Position numbers and translations under genes: made by a program
Notes under the pieces: generated by a model
Told to the model about the DNA's origin: nothing
Database searches by the model: none
Seen by the model: only the letters and a program-made list of their open reading frames with translations
DNA from: a virus
Taxonomy: Duplodnaviria > Caudoviricetes
DNA length: 64,000 nucleotides
Reading direction: 5' to 3' (one strand)
IMG/VR virus record: IMGVR_UViG_3300020438_000019
Span: 16,894-80,893 of that record
Shown: in pieces, positions 36,920 through 45,847 of the stretch
Layout: the number at the start of each line of letters is the position of its first letter
Position numbering within the stretch: the first letter of the stretch is position 1

Positions 36920-37256
36920 ACTCATAGAAGCACTTCTGCTTCTTCAGTATGATGTACAGGAAGATCAAGAGTTAATAAATCCATTAGACCATCAACATGA
37001 AAAGGTAAAGGTTGATGTTGCTATAGGGAATGATATTGGATTTCGTAGAAATTCAGAAGGTGTATATGAGTTGGTGGCTGATATACAAACTTGGAAGGAT
37101 CCAGTTCCACCAAAGAGATTTGTAGATAAGGTTACTCAGCAATATGCTAGAATGACTGTACATAATACAGTTAAGGATATGGGATTTCAAGTAGAAGAAG
37201 AATGGGAGATGGATGATGGATCAATAGAATTAGTTGTTAATAGATGGGTGGGGTAA
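36873..37256 (+). CDS. ycf35: Ycf35 / DUF1257 family protein
   Basis: MSHFSTIKTKL...DIGFRRN...YELVADIQTW...TQQYA...GFQVEEE...GSIELVVNRW. Confidence 0.85.
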   Translation: MSHFSTIKTKLKNKPELIEALLLLQYDVQEDQELINPLDHQHEKVKVDVAIGNDIGFRRNSEGVYELVADIQTWKDPVPPKRFVDKVTQQYARMTVHNTVKDMGFQVEEEWEMDDGSIELVVNRWVG

Positions 37257-37263
37257 TCCACTT

Positions 37264-37449
37264 ATGTCCGAGGTCGTATGGTCAATAAATATTATGATAG
37301 GTATCCTACTGCTTGCGGTGGGATATGTTATTTACTGGGTCTTTAAGTACGATGATTGGAATCCTAACCCCGTTGTTCATAGTGACATCGCCGTTCAATC
37401 CGAACACAATGATTCAGGAGATGAGGAATCATCAGTCGGAACTGAATAG
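37264..37449 (+). CDS. small single-pass membrane protein
   Basis: MSEVVWSINIMIGILLLAVGYVIYWVFKYD hydrophobic helix. Confidence 0.6.
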   Translation: MSEVVWSINIMIGILLLAVGYVIYWVFKYDDWNPNPVVHSDIAVQSEHNDSGDEESSVGTE

Positions 37450-37648
37450 AACTCCTATACAGGAGATGCTAAATAATACACTTGAAGAATTTGAATATGG
37501 GGAAACTGACACCACCAAGCAGGAAGAGCTGCTACAACTTCCGAGTGATAAAGATCAACCGAGTATTAGACGGAGACACGATAGATGTCACGATAGATCT
37601 TGGTTTCGATTTATTCAAAAAAGAACGGGTAAGGATTGCAGGGGTTGA
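37352..37648 (+). CDS. hypothetical protein overlapping both neighbours
   Basis: Open frame starting MIGILTPLFIV...; heavy overlap makes it uncertain. Confidence 0.35.
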   Translation: MIGILTPLFIVTSPFNPNTMIQEMRNHQSELNRTPIQEMLNNTLEEFEYGETDTTKQEELLQLPSDKDQPSIRRRHDRCHDRSWFRFIQKRTGKDCRG

Positions 37649-37952
37649 CACACCTGAGAAAAGAACACGCAATCTAGAGGAGAAAGCACTTGGAATCGAT
37701 GCAACAGAATGGCTCAAAGGGCAACTCACAGATACTATTAAGGGTGATGACGAACTGGTTATTAGGACTGAGCTTGTTGGTGGGGTCGGTAAGTATGGTC
37801 GCCTTTTGGGCTGGTTATACATTGGGGAGTCAAACATCTCAATCAACGAGCAAATGATTACCGAAGGGTATGCTTGGGAGTATGATGGTGGTAAGAAACA
37901 AAAAGACTTTGAAGAATTGAGAGAGATAAGGAGAGAACATGGAACTCTCTGA
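37497..37952 (+). CDS. thermonuclease (SNase-like) endonuclease
   Basis: RVLDGDTIDVTIDLGF...RIAGVDTPE...KYGRLLG...EGYAWEY. Confidence 0.9.
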   Translation: MGKLTPPSRKSCYNFRVIKINRVLDGDTIDVTIDLGFDLFKKERVRIAGVDTPEKRTRNLEEKALGIDATEWLKGQLTDTIKGDDELVIRTELVGGVGKYGRLLGWLYIGESNISINEQMITEGYAWEYDGGKKQKDFEELREIRREHGTL

Positions 37953-38169
37953 AGAAAACGTACTCATAGTATTAGAGGAAATCATTCCTTATATTGAAGC
38001 TGATGGTGGATACCTTCAACTATATGATATAGAGGATGGATATGTTAAAGTAAAGTTAGGTGGTGCATGTGAGACATGTGCTATGAGTACTATGACTTTG
38101 AAGCAAGGTATCGAACGTAAGCTGATGGAAGAGATTCCAGATGTTAAAGGAGTTGTGCAGGTATTATAA
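37939..38169 (+). CDS. nifU: NifU C-terminal / NfuA-like Fe-S cluster carrier domain protein
   Basis: IPYIEADGGYLQL...VKVKLGGACETCAMSTMTLKQGIERKL (CxxC). Confidence 0.9.
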   Translation: MELSEENVLIVLEEIIPYIEADGGYLQLYDIEDGYVKVKLGGACETCAMSTMTLKQGIERKLMEEIPDVKGVVQVL

Positions 38170-39821
38170 TGGCTCAACAAACTGAAGTATATCTTGGTAA
38201 CCCCAACCTGAAGAAGGCAGGTACTGAGATACAATTTACAAAAGAGCAAGTAGAGGAATGGATCAAGTGTAAACAAGATCCACTCTATTTTGCATGTACT
38301 TACATGCAGATCATTAACTTGGATGAAGGTCTCGTACCTTTTGAAATGTATGATTTTCAAAAGAAGATCTTAATGGATTTCCATGAGAACAGATTCAACA
38401 TTGCAAAACTCCCTCGGCAGACAGGTAAGAGTACGACTGTCGTGGCTTACCTTCTACACTACGCTATTTTCAATGATAGTGTTAATATCGGTATCCTCGC
38501 TAACAAAGCAAGTACTGCTAGGGAACTCCTTGGAAGACTCCAACTAGCATATGAGAACTTGCCTAAATGGATACAACATGGAATACTAGTATGGAACAAA
38601 GGTAATGTCGAACTCGAAAATGGATCAAAGATACTGGCTGCTTCTACGTCTGCAAGTGCTGTCCGAGGCATGTCGTTCAATATCCTCTTCCTCGATGAGT
38701 TCGCTTTCGTTCCGAACCATGTTGCAGAACAATTCTTTGCATCTGTTTATCCTACTATTACTTCTGGTAAGTCAACGAAAGTCATAATCATATCTACACC
38801 TAATGGTATGAACCACTTCTATAAGACGTGGGAGGATGCTAGGAATGGTAAAAATGGTTATACTACCAACGAAGTTCATTGGTCTCAAGTACCAGGCAGA
38901 GATGCTAAGTGGAAAGAAGAGACATTACGAAACACATCTAAGAGACAGTTCGCACAAGAGTTTGAGTGTGACTTCCTTGGATCTGCTGATACATTAATAT
39001 CACCAGCAAAATTACAATCTATCCCATTTGAAGAACCTATAGTAAGCAATGCAGGACTTGACATATACGAACGAGTGCAAGAAGATCATGAATACATTAT
39101 TACTGTGGACGTTGCCAGAGGAATTGGTGGCGACTATAGTGCTTTCATCGTGTTTGATATCACCACTCTCCCGTATCAAATTGTTGCCAAATACCGTGAT
39201 AATGAGATTAAGCCTGTCTTGTTTCCTTCGGTCATCTTCTCAGTAGCAAAGAATTATAATCTCCCATACATCCTAGTAGAGATAAACGACATTGGTGATA
39301 GTATAGCAGCAACATTAAACTATGACCTTGAGTATCCTAACGTACTCATGTGTGCTATGAGAGGTAGAGCAGGTCAGATAGTAGGTCAGGGGTTCTCAGG
39401 TAACAAGACACAGTTAGGTGTTAAGATGAGCATCACTGTAAAGAAACTAGGGTGTGCTAACCTCAAAGCAATACTAGAAGAAGATAAATTAGTCTTTAAA
39501 GATTTTCATATACTACAAGAGCTTACAACTTTCATTCAAAGAAAGCAAGCTTGGGAAGCTGATGAAGGATATCATGATGACTTAGTAATGTGTATGGTAC
39601 TCTTCTCTTGGTTAGTCATGCAAGACTATTTCAAGGAGATGACTGATCAAGATGTTCGTAGAAGAATATATGAGGAACAACGTAATCAGATAGAACAGGA
39701 CATGGCTCCATTTGGATTTATTGATGATGGACTAGGTGATGATTCATTTGTAGAGGATGGATCTATTTGGGAATATGGTACGACACAAGAAGATGTAACT
39801 TACATGCTTCCTGATAGGTAA
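38169..39821 (+). CDS. gp17: terminase large subunit gp17
   Basis: YLGNPNLKKA, PRQTGKST (Walker A), LFLDEFAF, DVARG, HDDLVM. Confidence 0.97.
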   Translation: MAQQTEVYLGNPNLKKAGTEIQFTKEQVEEWIKCKQDPLYFACTYMQIINLDEGLVPFEMYDFQKKILMDFHENRFNIAKLPRQTGKSTTVVAYLLHYAIFNDSVNIGILANKASTARELLGRLQLAYENLPKWIQHGILVWNKGNVELENGSKILAASTSASAVRGMSFNILFLDEFAFVPNHVAEQFFASVYPTITSGKSTKVIIISTPNGMNHFYKTWEDARNGKNGYTTNEVHWSQVPGRDAKWKEETLRNTSKRQFAQEFECDFLGSADTLISPAKLQSIPFEEPIVSNAGLDIYERVQEDHEYIITVDVARGIGGDYSAFIVFDITTLPYQIVAKYRDNEIKPVLFPSVIFSVAKNYNLPYILVEINDIGDSIAATLNYDLEYPNVLMCAMRGRAGQIVGQGFSGNKTQLGVKMSITVKKLGCANLKAILEEDKLVFKDFHILQELTTFIQRKQAWEADEGYHDDLVMCMVLFSWLVMQDYFKEMTDQDVRRRIYEEQRNQIEQDMAPFGFIDDGLGDDSFVEDGSIWEYGTTQEDVTYMLPDR

Positions 39822-40051
39822 TGGATTTAGAACAGCAGTTTGATTTAGAACATTTGCTGTTTAAGCAAAGGAAATGTAGATCTTGTGGAAGGACAAAAGA
39901 TCTATTGGATGATTTTTATTTGATTAGAAAGAATAGAAGTAGGTTGGCTTCCTCATATTCATATGAATGTAAGGTGTGTACAGTCGAAAGAGTAGTGAAA
40001 ACCAGAAAGAATAAGAACCCACATAAGGATTGGATGTATCCAGACTGGTAG
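39821..40051 (+). CDS. small zinc-finger protein (CxxC...CxxC)
   Basis: RKCRSCG...FY...YECKVC. Confidence 0.7.
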   Translation: MDLEQQFDLEHLLFKQRKCRSCGRTKDLLDDFYLIRKNRSRLASSYSYECKVCTVERVVKTRKNKNPHKDWMYPDW

Positions 40052-40138
40052 TTCATGCATTGCTTCCCCATTGAAGAGTTGCTATTTTCTAAATAACTAT
40101 AGACAATTTTAGCGATCATTTATCGGGAGTAACTAAAC

Positions 40139-42580
40139 ATGGCAAGTCAAATCTCGCCTGGTGTTATTGTCAAGGAAAGAGACCTCACAACTGGTACTGT
40201 TGTTAACGCTGCTTCAAATACTGCTGCAGTAGTTTCAACATTCAGTAAAGGTCCAGTCGGACAAATCACCACGATAGCTTCACAGAGAGAATTAGTAGAT
40301 ACATTTGGATCACCAGGTGATGCAAATGCTGACGATTTCTTTGTAGCCTCAGAATTTTTAAACTACGGTGGTCGCCTTTCAGTGGTAAGAGCAGAAACAG
40401 GAGCAGTTAACGCTGGTGCTACTGCAATTATTAAGAATAAGGTAGACTACGAATCACGCATAGAAGGAACATCTCCAGCATGGAAATGGGCAGCTCAAAC
40501 TCCAGGTATTTGGGGTAACGACTTTGATGTTGTTGTAGCAGACCGTGGTGCTGATCAGTATGTTACTTTTGCTTCTGCACCTGCAGGAATTGCAGCTGGA
40601 ACAAACTTAGCGTTTAGTTCTGGTAAAGCTGCCGAGGTTCTTTCTTGGGATGCTGGATCATTAACTGGTGCTGTTATACTAGATGATCCTACAGTTCGTG
40701 TTACTTCTGCTGATACTCTCGACACTCCCGACACAGGTCGAGTAAGTGGTGTAACAGTTAACAATGCTGGTACTGGATACACAACAGCAACATCTCTTGC
40801 TACTACAGGTGGTGCTGGATCTGGTGCTAAGGTAGACATTACAGTAACAACTGGTAACCCAGAAGGTTTAACAGTATCTGCTGGTGGTTCAACATACGGT
40901 GCTACAGGTACTGCAGTTGCTACTACAGGTGGTAATGGAACAGGTCTTACACTTGACTTTACTTCTACTGGTGGTGTTGTTGATAGCGTAAGTGTTGCTG
41001 TTGCTGGTGACGGTCAATATCAAGTTAATGATGTAGTTACAATTACTGGTGGTGGTAACAACGCACAAGTAACTATTACATCTGTAAGAGGAGCAATTGC
41101 TACTGTTGCTGTTACTGGTGGTGATCCTGGTATTGGATATGCTGTTGGTGATACACTATCAGTTACTCAGTCTGGTGCATCTTCAGGTACAGTAGATGTT
41201 TCTTCAGTTCAGGATACAACAATCGCTGTTACAGTAGAAGACTGGTGGACTAATACAAACACAGACGGTACTAAGTCTGGTGCTGACGATGGTAAGATTA
41301 AACTATCTGCTATCGGTCCTCGTCCTGGTACTTCCGCATTTGCTGCAAACTTAGGACTATCTTATGACGAAGTTCATATTGGTGTTGTAGAGAGATCATC
41401 TAAGAGTGTTGTAGAAAGACTACAATATCTTTCTAAGTTCAGTGATGGTAAAACATCAGAAGGAGCTTCTTCTTACTACCCAACATATATTAAGGAAGTT
41501 TCTCAATACGTTTACTTCGGTGATCACGTAACTGCTGCACACAATCCTACCACTGCTGGTGCTGGACTTGCTGCTGGTACTGCTGCTACTGCTGGAACTT
41601 CTGGTCAGAAACTACAACTCTTCGGTGTTGTTAATACATCACTTGCTGGTGGTACTGATGACTATGCATATACAACTGCAGAGTTTAGTACAGGTCTTCA
41701 AGAGTTCAATGATACAGAAACAGTTGATGTTGACTTCATCCTTATGGGTGGTTCAATGGGAACTGAAGCAGATTCTAAGTTGAAAGCTGCTGCATGTATC
41801 ACTACTGCTAACCTAAGAAAAGATGCTGTTGCATTTGTTTCTGCACACAAAGGTGCTCAGGTTTCTGGAACTGTTGCTCTTTCAAGAAAAGATCAGAAGG
41901 ATAACACAGTTAACTTCTTCTCAACATTAAGTTCTTCTTCATACGCAGTATTTGATAGCGGTTATAAGTATTTCTATGATCGTTTCAATGATAAGTATCG
42001 TTATGTTCCTTGCAACGGAGATGTTGCTGGTCTATGTGTTGCAACTTCTACAACACTTGATGACTGGTTCTCACCTGCAGGACTTACACGAGGTGGAGTA
42101 CGTAATGCTATTAAACTAGCATACAACCCAACTTCAGCAGATAGAGATGAACTTTATCAGAATAGAATCAATCCAATTGTTTCTTTCCCTGGTCAAGGCA
42201 TCACACTATTTGGTGATAAGACTGCACTATCTTCACCTTCTGCATTCGACAGAATTAATGTTCGTAGACTCTTCATCAATATTGAGGAGAGAGCAGAAGC
42301 ACTTGCTAAGGCAGTTATATTTGAACAAAATGATGAGACTACAAGAGCTGGTTTCAATAATGCACTTTCTTCTTACCTTTCTGAGGTACAAGCTGGAAGG
42401 GGCGTTACAGATTTCCAAGTAGTATGTGATGAGTCAAATAATACACCTAGTGTTATTGACCGTAATGAATTTGTCGCTGAGGTTTACATCAAGCCTACAC
42501 GCTCTATCAACTACATTACATTATCATTTGTCGCTACGAGATCTGGAGTTTCCTTCAGCGAAGTCGTAGGTCGTTCTTAA
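40139..42580 (+). CDS. gp18: tail sheath protein gp18
   Basis: SPGVIVKERDLT, WFSPAG, FGDKT, FDRINVRRLF; TCTAAATA at 40088. Confidence 0.97.
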   Translation: MASQISPGVIVKERDLTTGTVVNAASNTAAVVSTFSKGPVGQITTIASQRELVDTFGSPGDANADDFFVASEFLNYGGRLSVVRAETGAVNAGATAIIKNKVDYESRIEGTSPAWKWAAQTPGIWGNDFDVVVADRGADQYVTFASAPAGIAAGTNLAFSSGKAAEVLSWDAGSLTGAVILDDPTVRVTSADTLDTPDTGRVSGVTVNNAGTGYTTATSLATTGGAGSGAKVDITVTTGNPEGLTVSAGGSTYGATGTAVATTGGNGTGLTLDFTSTGGVVDSVSVAVAGDGQYQVNDVVTITGGGNNAQVTITSVRGAIATVAVTGGDPGIGYAVGDTLSVTQSGASSGTVDVSSVQDTTIAVTVEDWWTNTNTDGTKSGADDGKIKLSAIGPRPGTSAFAANLGLSYDEVHIGVVERSSKSVVERLQYLSKFSDGKTSEGASSYYPTYIKEVSQYVYFGDHVTAAHNPTTAGAGLAAGTAATAGTSGQKLQLFGVVNTSLAGGTDDYAYTTAEFSTGLQEFNDTETVDVDFILMGGSMGTEADSKLKAAACITTANLRKDAVAFVSAHKGAQVSGTVALSRKDQKDNTVNFFSTLSSSSYAVFDSGYKYFYDRFNDKYRYVPCNGDVAGLCVATSTTLDDWFSPAGLTRGGVRNAIKLAYNPTSADRDELYQNRINPIVSFPGQGITLFGDKTALSSPSAFDRINVRRLFINIEERAEALAKAVIFEQNDETTRAGFNNALSSYLSEVQAGRGVTDFQVVCDESNNTPSVIDRNEFVAEVYIKPTRSINYITLSFVATRSGVSFSEVVGRS

Positions 42581-42615
42581 CCCATAACCACAAACTCGTA
42601 GGAAGGTAATTTAAA

Positions 42616-43239
42616 ATGGCTATTAATTCAAACGTATCACAGTTTCTTAGCAAGATCAAACAGGGTGTTAAACCCAATATGTATCAGGTCAGTGTTAACT
42701 GGCCTAGTGAGCTTGATCAAGGAAAAGGAGCTACAGATAAAGATCTAGTAAACATTCTTTGTAAGTCTGCAGCACTCCCTGCATCTAACTTAGGTGTTAT
42801 CGAAGTCCCATTCAGAGGACGCACAGTAAAAATCGCAGGTGATCGCACCTTCGATACATGGTCTACAACATTCATCAATGATGAAGATATGAAGATTCGT
42901 GCTTATTTTGAAGAGTGGTTGGCTAAGATCAACTCTCATGAAAATAATGCATCTCCATTATTCAGACCAACAAGTAATTCTGAAGGTTACATGGCTAACC
43001 TTTCAGTTACACAACTTGAAAAGAATGCAACTACTGGTACTGTTTCTGGTGGTGGTATCAGAGAGTATACACTCTGGCATGCATTCCCAACTAGTGTTTC
43101 ACAAATCGATCTAGCTTACGATAGCAACGATCAGGTTTCTGAATTCTCAGTTGAGTTCCAACTATCATACTGGACAGCAGAGGCAAAGTCACAAGCTGAG
43201 TCATCTCCTCCAGATATCAAAGAAACCGTCTCGGCTTAA
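42616..43239 (+). CDS. gp19: tail tube protein gp19
   Basis: CKSAALPASNLGVIEVPFRGRTVKIAGDRTFDTW. Confidence 0.97.
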   Translation: MAINSNVSQFLSKIKQGVKPNMYQVSVNWPSELDQGKGATDKDLVNILCKSAALPASNLGVIEVPFRGRTVKIAGDRTFDTWSTTFINDEDMKIRAYFEEWLAKINSHENNASPLFRPTSNSEGYMANLSVTQLEKNATTGTVSGGGIREYTLWHAFPTSVSQIDLAYDSNDQVSEFSVEFQLSYWTAEAKSQAESSPPDIKETVSA

Positions 43240-43243
43240 CTGG

Positions 43244-43251
43244 TATAAATA
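43244..43251 (+). promoter_or_regulatory. T4-type late promoter
   Basis: Exact TATAAATA before gp20. Confidence 0.8.
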
Positions 43252-43277
43252 GTATAGTTGGTTAGACGAATAATATA

Positions 43278-44957
43278 ATGAGTCAACTATTTGGATTCCA
43301 AATTAACAAGAAAGGGGAACGGAAGGGTCAATCTCCCGTTCCTCCAAATGCTGAAGACGGCGTTGCCGTAGCAGCAGGTGGTTATTTTGGCACATATGTT
43401 GAAACTGATGCACAGGCAAGGAACGAGTTTGATCTCATAAAAAGGTATAGGGACATGTCCCTTCACCCAGAATGTGATTCAGCTGTTGATGATATTGTTA
43501 ACGAGTTTGTGGTTAATGACCTTAACGATACCTGTGTACAAATTGATTTAACAAATTTGGAAGTGGGAGCTTCTGTAAAGAAAAGGATCCGAGAAGAGTT
43601 TGATTACATCAAGCGTCTTCTCGGTTTTGATATGAAAGCCCATGAAATTATACGTAATTGGTATGTAGATGGTAGGGCATATTATCACAAAGTAATAGAT
43701 TTAGCGAAACCAACAGAAGGAATTACTGAGCTTCGCTACATTGACCCAATGAAAATAAGAAGGGTCAGACAAAAAATTAAGAAGGTAGAAGATCCAACAA
43801 CTGTACGTGGTACTGCCCTTGAACATGAGTGGGGAGACTACGTAGATTATTATATCTACAACCCACAAGGTTTTGGTAGACAGTCTTCAATGGTTGGTAC
43901 TGGAGATTTTACTGGTAACCAAGGAATTAGATTAGCATTTGATTCTGTTACATTTAGCCATTCTGGATTGATGGACATGAACAGAAGGATGCATCTTAGT
44001 TTCTTGCATAAAGGAATTAAAGGTCTCAATCAATTAAGAATGATTGAAGATGCATTGGTCATCTACAGATTATCAAGAGCACCAGAAAGAAGAATTTTTT
44101 ATATTGATGTAGGTAACCTTCCAAAGGTTAAAGCGGAGCAATATCTACGTGATGTAATGTCTCGTTATAGAAACAAGCTTGTCTATGATTCACAGACAGG
44201 TGAGATACGTGATGATAAAAAGCATATGAGTATGCTTGAAGACTTCTGGTTACCTCGTAGAGAAGGTGGTAGAGGAACTGAAATTACTACTCTTCCTGGA
44301 GGACAAAACCTTGGTGAACTTAAAGACGTTGAATACTTTAAGAAGAAGTTATATAACTCACTTAACCTTCCACCATCTCGCCTTACTGACGATAACAAAG
44401 GTTTTAATCTCGGTAAGACTACGGAAGTTCTTAGAGACGAACTCAAGTTTACTAAGTTCATTGGAAGACTACGCAAAAGATTTAGTTTCCTCTTCCAAGA
44501 CATTCTTAAGACTCAACTAATTCTTAAAGGAGTTATTGCTCCTGAAGATTGGGATGATATGCAGGAGCATATCCAGTATGATTACATACACGACAATCAT
44601 TTCAATGAATTAAAAGAGCTTGAGATGGAAACTCAAAGGATTGCTCTAGTAACACAGATGGATCCTTATGTGGGTAAATATTATTCTGTTGATTATATTC
44701 GCCGTAATGTTCTTGGTCACAAAGAAACAGATATTAAGGAACAAGATAAGCAGATGAAGAAGGAGATTGAACTAGGTCTCGTTATGGATCCAGTCGATAT
44801 GAATACATTCGATACAATGGACCGCCAGAACGATGCCTTTGCTCCAGAGATCGAAGCACAAAATGCGGAAGATGATCAGAAGAGAGACATGGAAATGGCT
44901 AAGCAACAAGCAAAGCTTAAACCTGCTCCAACCAAAACCACTAGTAATACTAAATAA
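43278..44957 (+). CDS. gp20: portal vertex protein gp20
   Basis: YRLSRAPERRIFYIDVGNLPK, EDFWLPRREGGRGTEITTLPGG. Confidence 0.98.
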   Translation: MSQLFGFQINKKGERKGQSPVPPNAEDGVAVAAGGYFGTYVETDAQARNEFDLIKRYRDMSLHPECDSAVDDIVNEFVVNDLNDTCVQIDLTNLEVGASVKKRIREEFDYIKRLLGFDMKAHEIIRNWYVDGRAYYHKVIDLAKPTEGITELRYIDPMKIRRVRQKIKKVEDPTTVRGTALEHEWGDYVDYYIYNPQGFGRQSSMVGTGDFTGNQGIRLAFDSVTFSHSGLMDMNRRMHLSFLHKGIKGLNQLRMIEDALVIYRLSRAPERRIFYIDVGNLPKVKAEQYLRDVMSRYRNKLVYDSQTGEIRDDKKHMSMLEDFWLPRREGGRGTEITTLPGGQNLGELKDVEYFKKKLYNSLNLPPSRLTDDNKGFNLGKTTEVLRDELKFTKFIGRLRKRFSFLFQDILKTQLILKGVIAPEDWDDMQEHIQYDYIHDNHFNELKELEMETQRIALVTQMDPYVGKYYSVDYIRRNVLGHKETDIKEQDKQMKKEIELGLVMDPVDMNTFDTMDRQNDAFAPEIEAQNAEDDQKRDMEMAKQQAKLKPAPTKTTSNTK

Positions 44958-44966
44958 AAGATAGTC

Positions 44967-45179
44967 ATGGAACAATCGAATCCCAACGCTGAAGTTCTTT
45001 CAGTAGTTGATACAATCAAAGACGGCAAAAGAGCTGATGCTTTAGATGCTGTTAATGATATATTATTCTCACGTGCTGCCGATGCAATTAAAAGCTATAA
45101 GCAAGTCGTGGCCAAGACTTTTTTTGATGAACCACAGGTAGAGGAGCCATCCAATGAAACTGATAACGGAACAGATTGA
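44967..45179 (+). CDS. small prohead core protein (gp67/gp68-like by position)
   Basis: Small acidic ORF between gp20 and gp21. Confidence 0.6.
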   Translation: MEQSNPNAEVLSVVDTIKDGKRADALDAVNDILFSRAADAIKSYKQVVAKTFFDEPQVEEPSNETDNGTD

Positions 45180-45798
45180 AGATGTAAAAGTCATCACTGA
45201 AGGTAAAGGCGATGATAAAAAATTATACATCGAAGGTGTTTTCCTACAAGCAGAACTTAAGAATAGAAATGGTAGAGTATACCCTTTCAAAGTTCTTGAA
45301 ACTGAAGTAGGTAGATATAATGAAGAATACGTTAAAACAAAACGTGCTCTTGGTGAGTTGGGTCATCCTGATGGTCCTACTGTTAACCTTGACCGTGTTT
45401 CCCACAGAATCACATCGCTTACTGCTGAAGGTTCTAACTTCATCGGAAAAGCCCAGATCTTAGACACACCAATGGGTAAGATCGCTAAGTCTCTTTTAGG
45501 AGAGGGTGTTCAATTGGGTGTATCATCTAGAGGAATGGGTAGCATCAACAAACAAGAAGATGCTAATTATGTAATGGATGACTTCATGTTAGCAACAGCA
45601 GCAGATATAGTTGCTGATCCTTCCGCACCTGATGCATTTGTTAATGGTATCATGGAAGGTAAAGAGTGGGTTTGGAACAACGGTATTCTTAAGGAGACCG
45701 AAGTTGCTAAATACCAGAGTTATGTGAGCAAGTCTACTCACAGAAATCTTGAGGAAAGGACACTTAAAGTGTTTGAGCATTTCCTTTCAGGATTGTAA
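45154..45798 (+). CDS. gp21: prohead protease gp21
   Basis: NRNGRVYP, GELGHP, GVSSRG, DIVADPSAPDA. Confidence 0.97.
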   Translation: MKLITEQIEDVKVITEGKGDDKKLYIEGVFLQAELKNRNGRVYPFKVLETEVGRYNEEYVKTKRALGELGHPDGPTVNLDRVSHRITSLTAEGSNFIGKAQILDTPMGKIAKSLLGEGVQLGVSSRGMGSINKQEDANYVMDDFMLATAADIVADPSAPDAFVNGIMEGKEWVWNNGILKETEVAKYQSYVSKSTHRNLEERTLKVFEHFLSGL

Positions 45799-45801
45799 AT
45801 C

Positions 45802-45809
45802 TATAAATA
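45802..45809 (+). promoter_or_regulatory. T4-type late promoter
   Basis: Exact TATAAATA before gp22. Confidence 0.8.
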
Positions 45810-45847
45810 AACTTAGACTTATTGTACGAATCTTAGGGGAAACTCAA

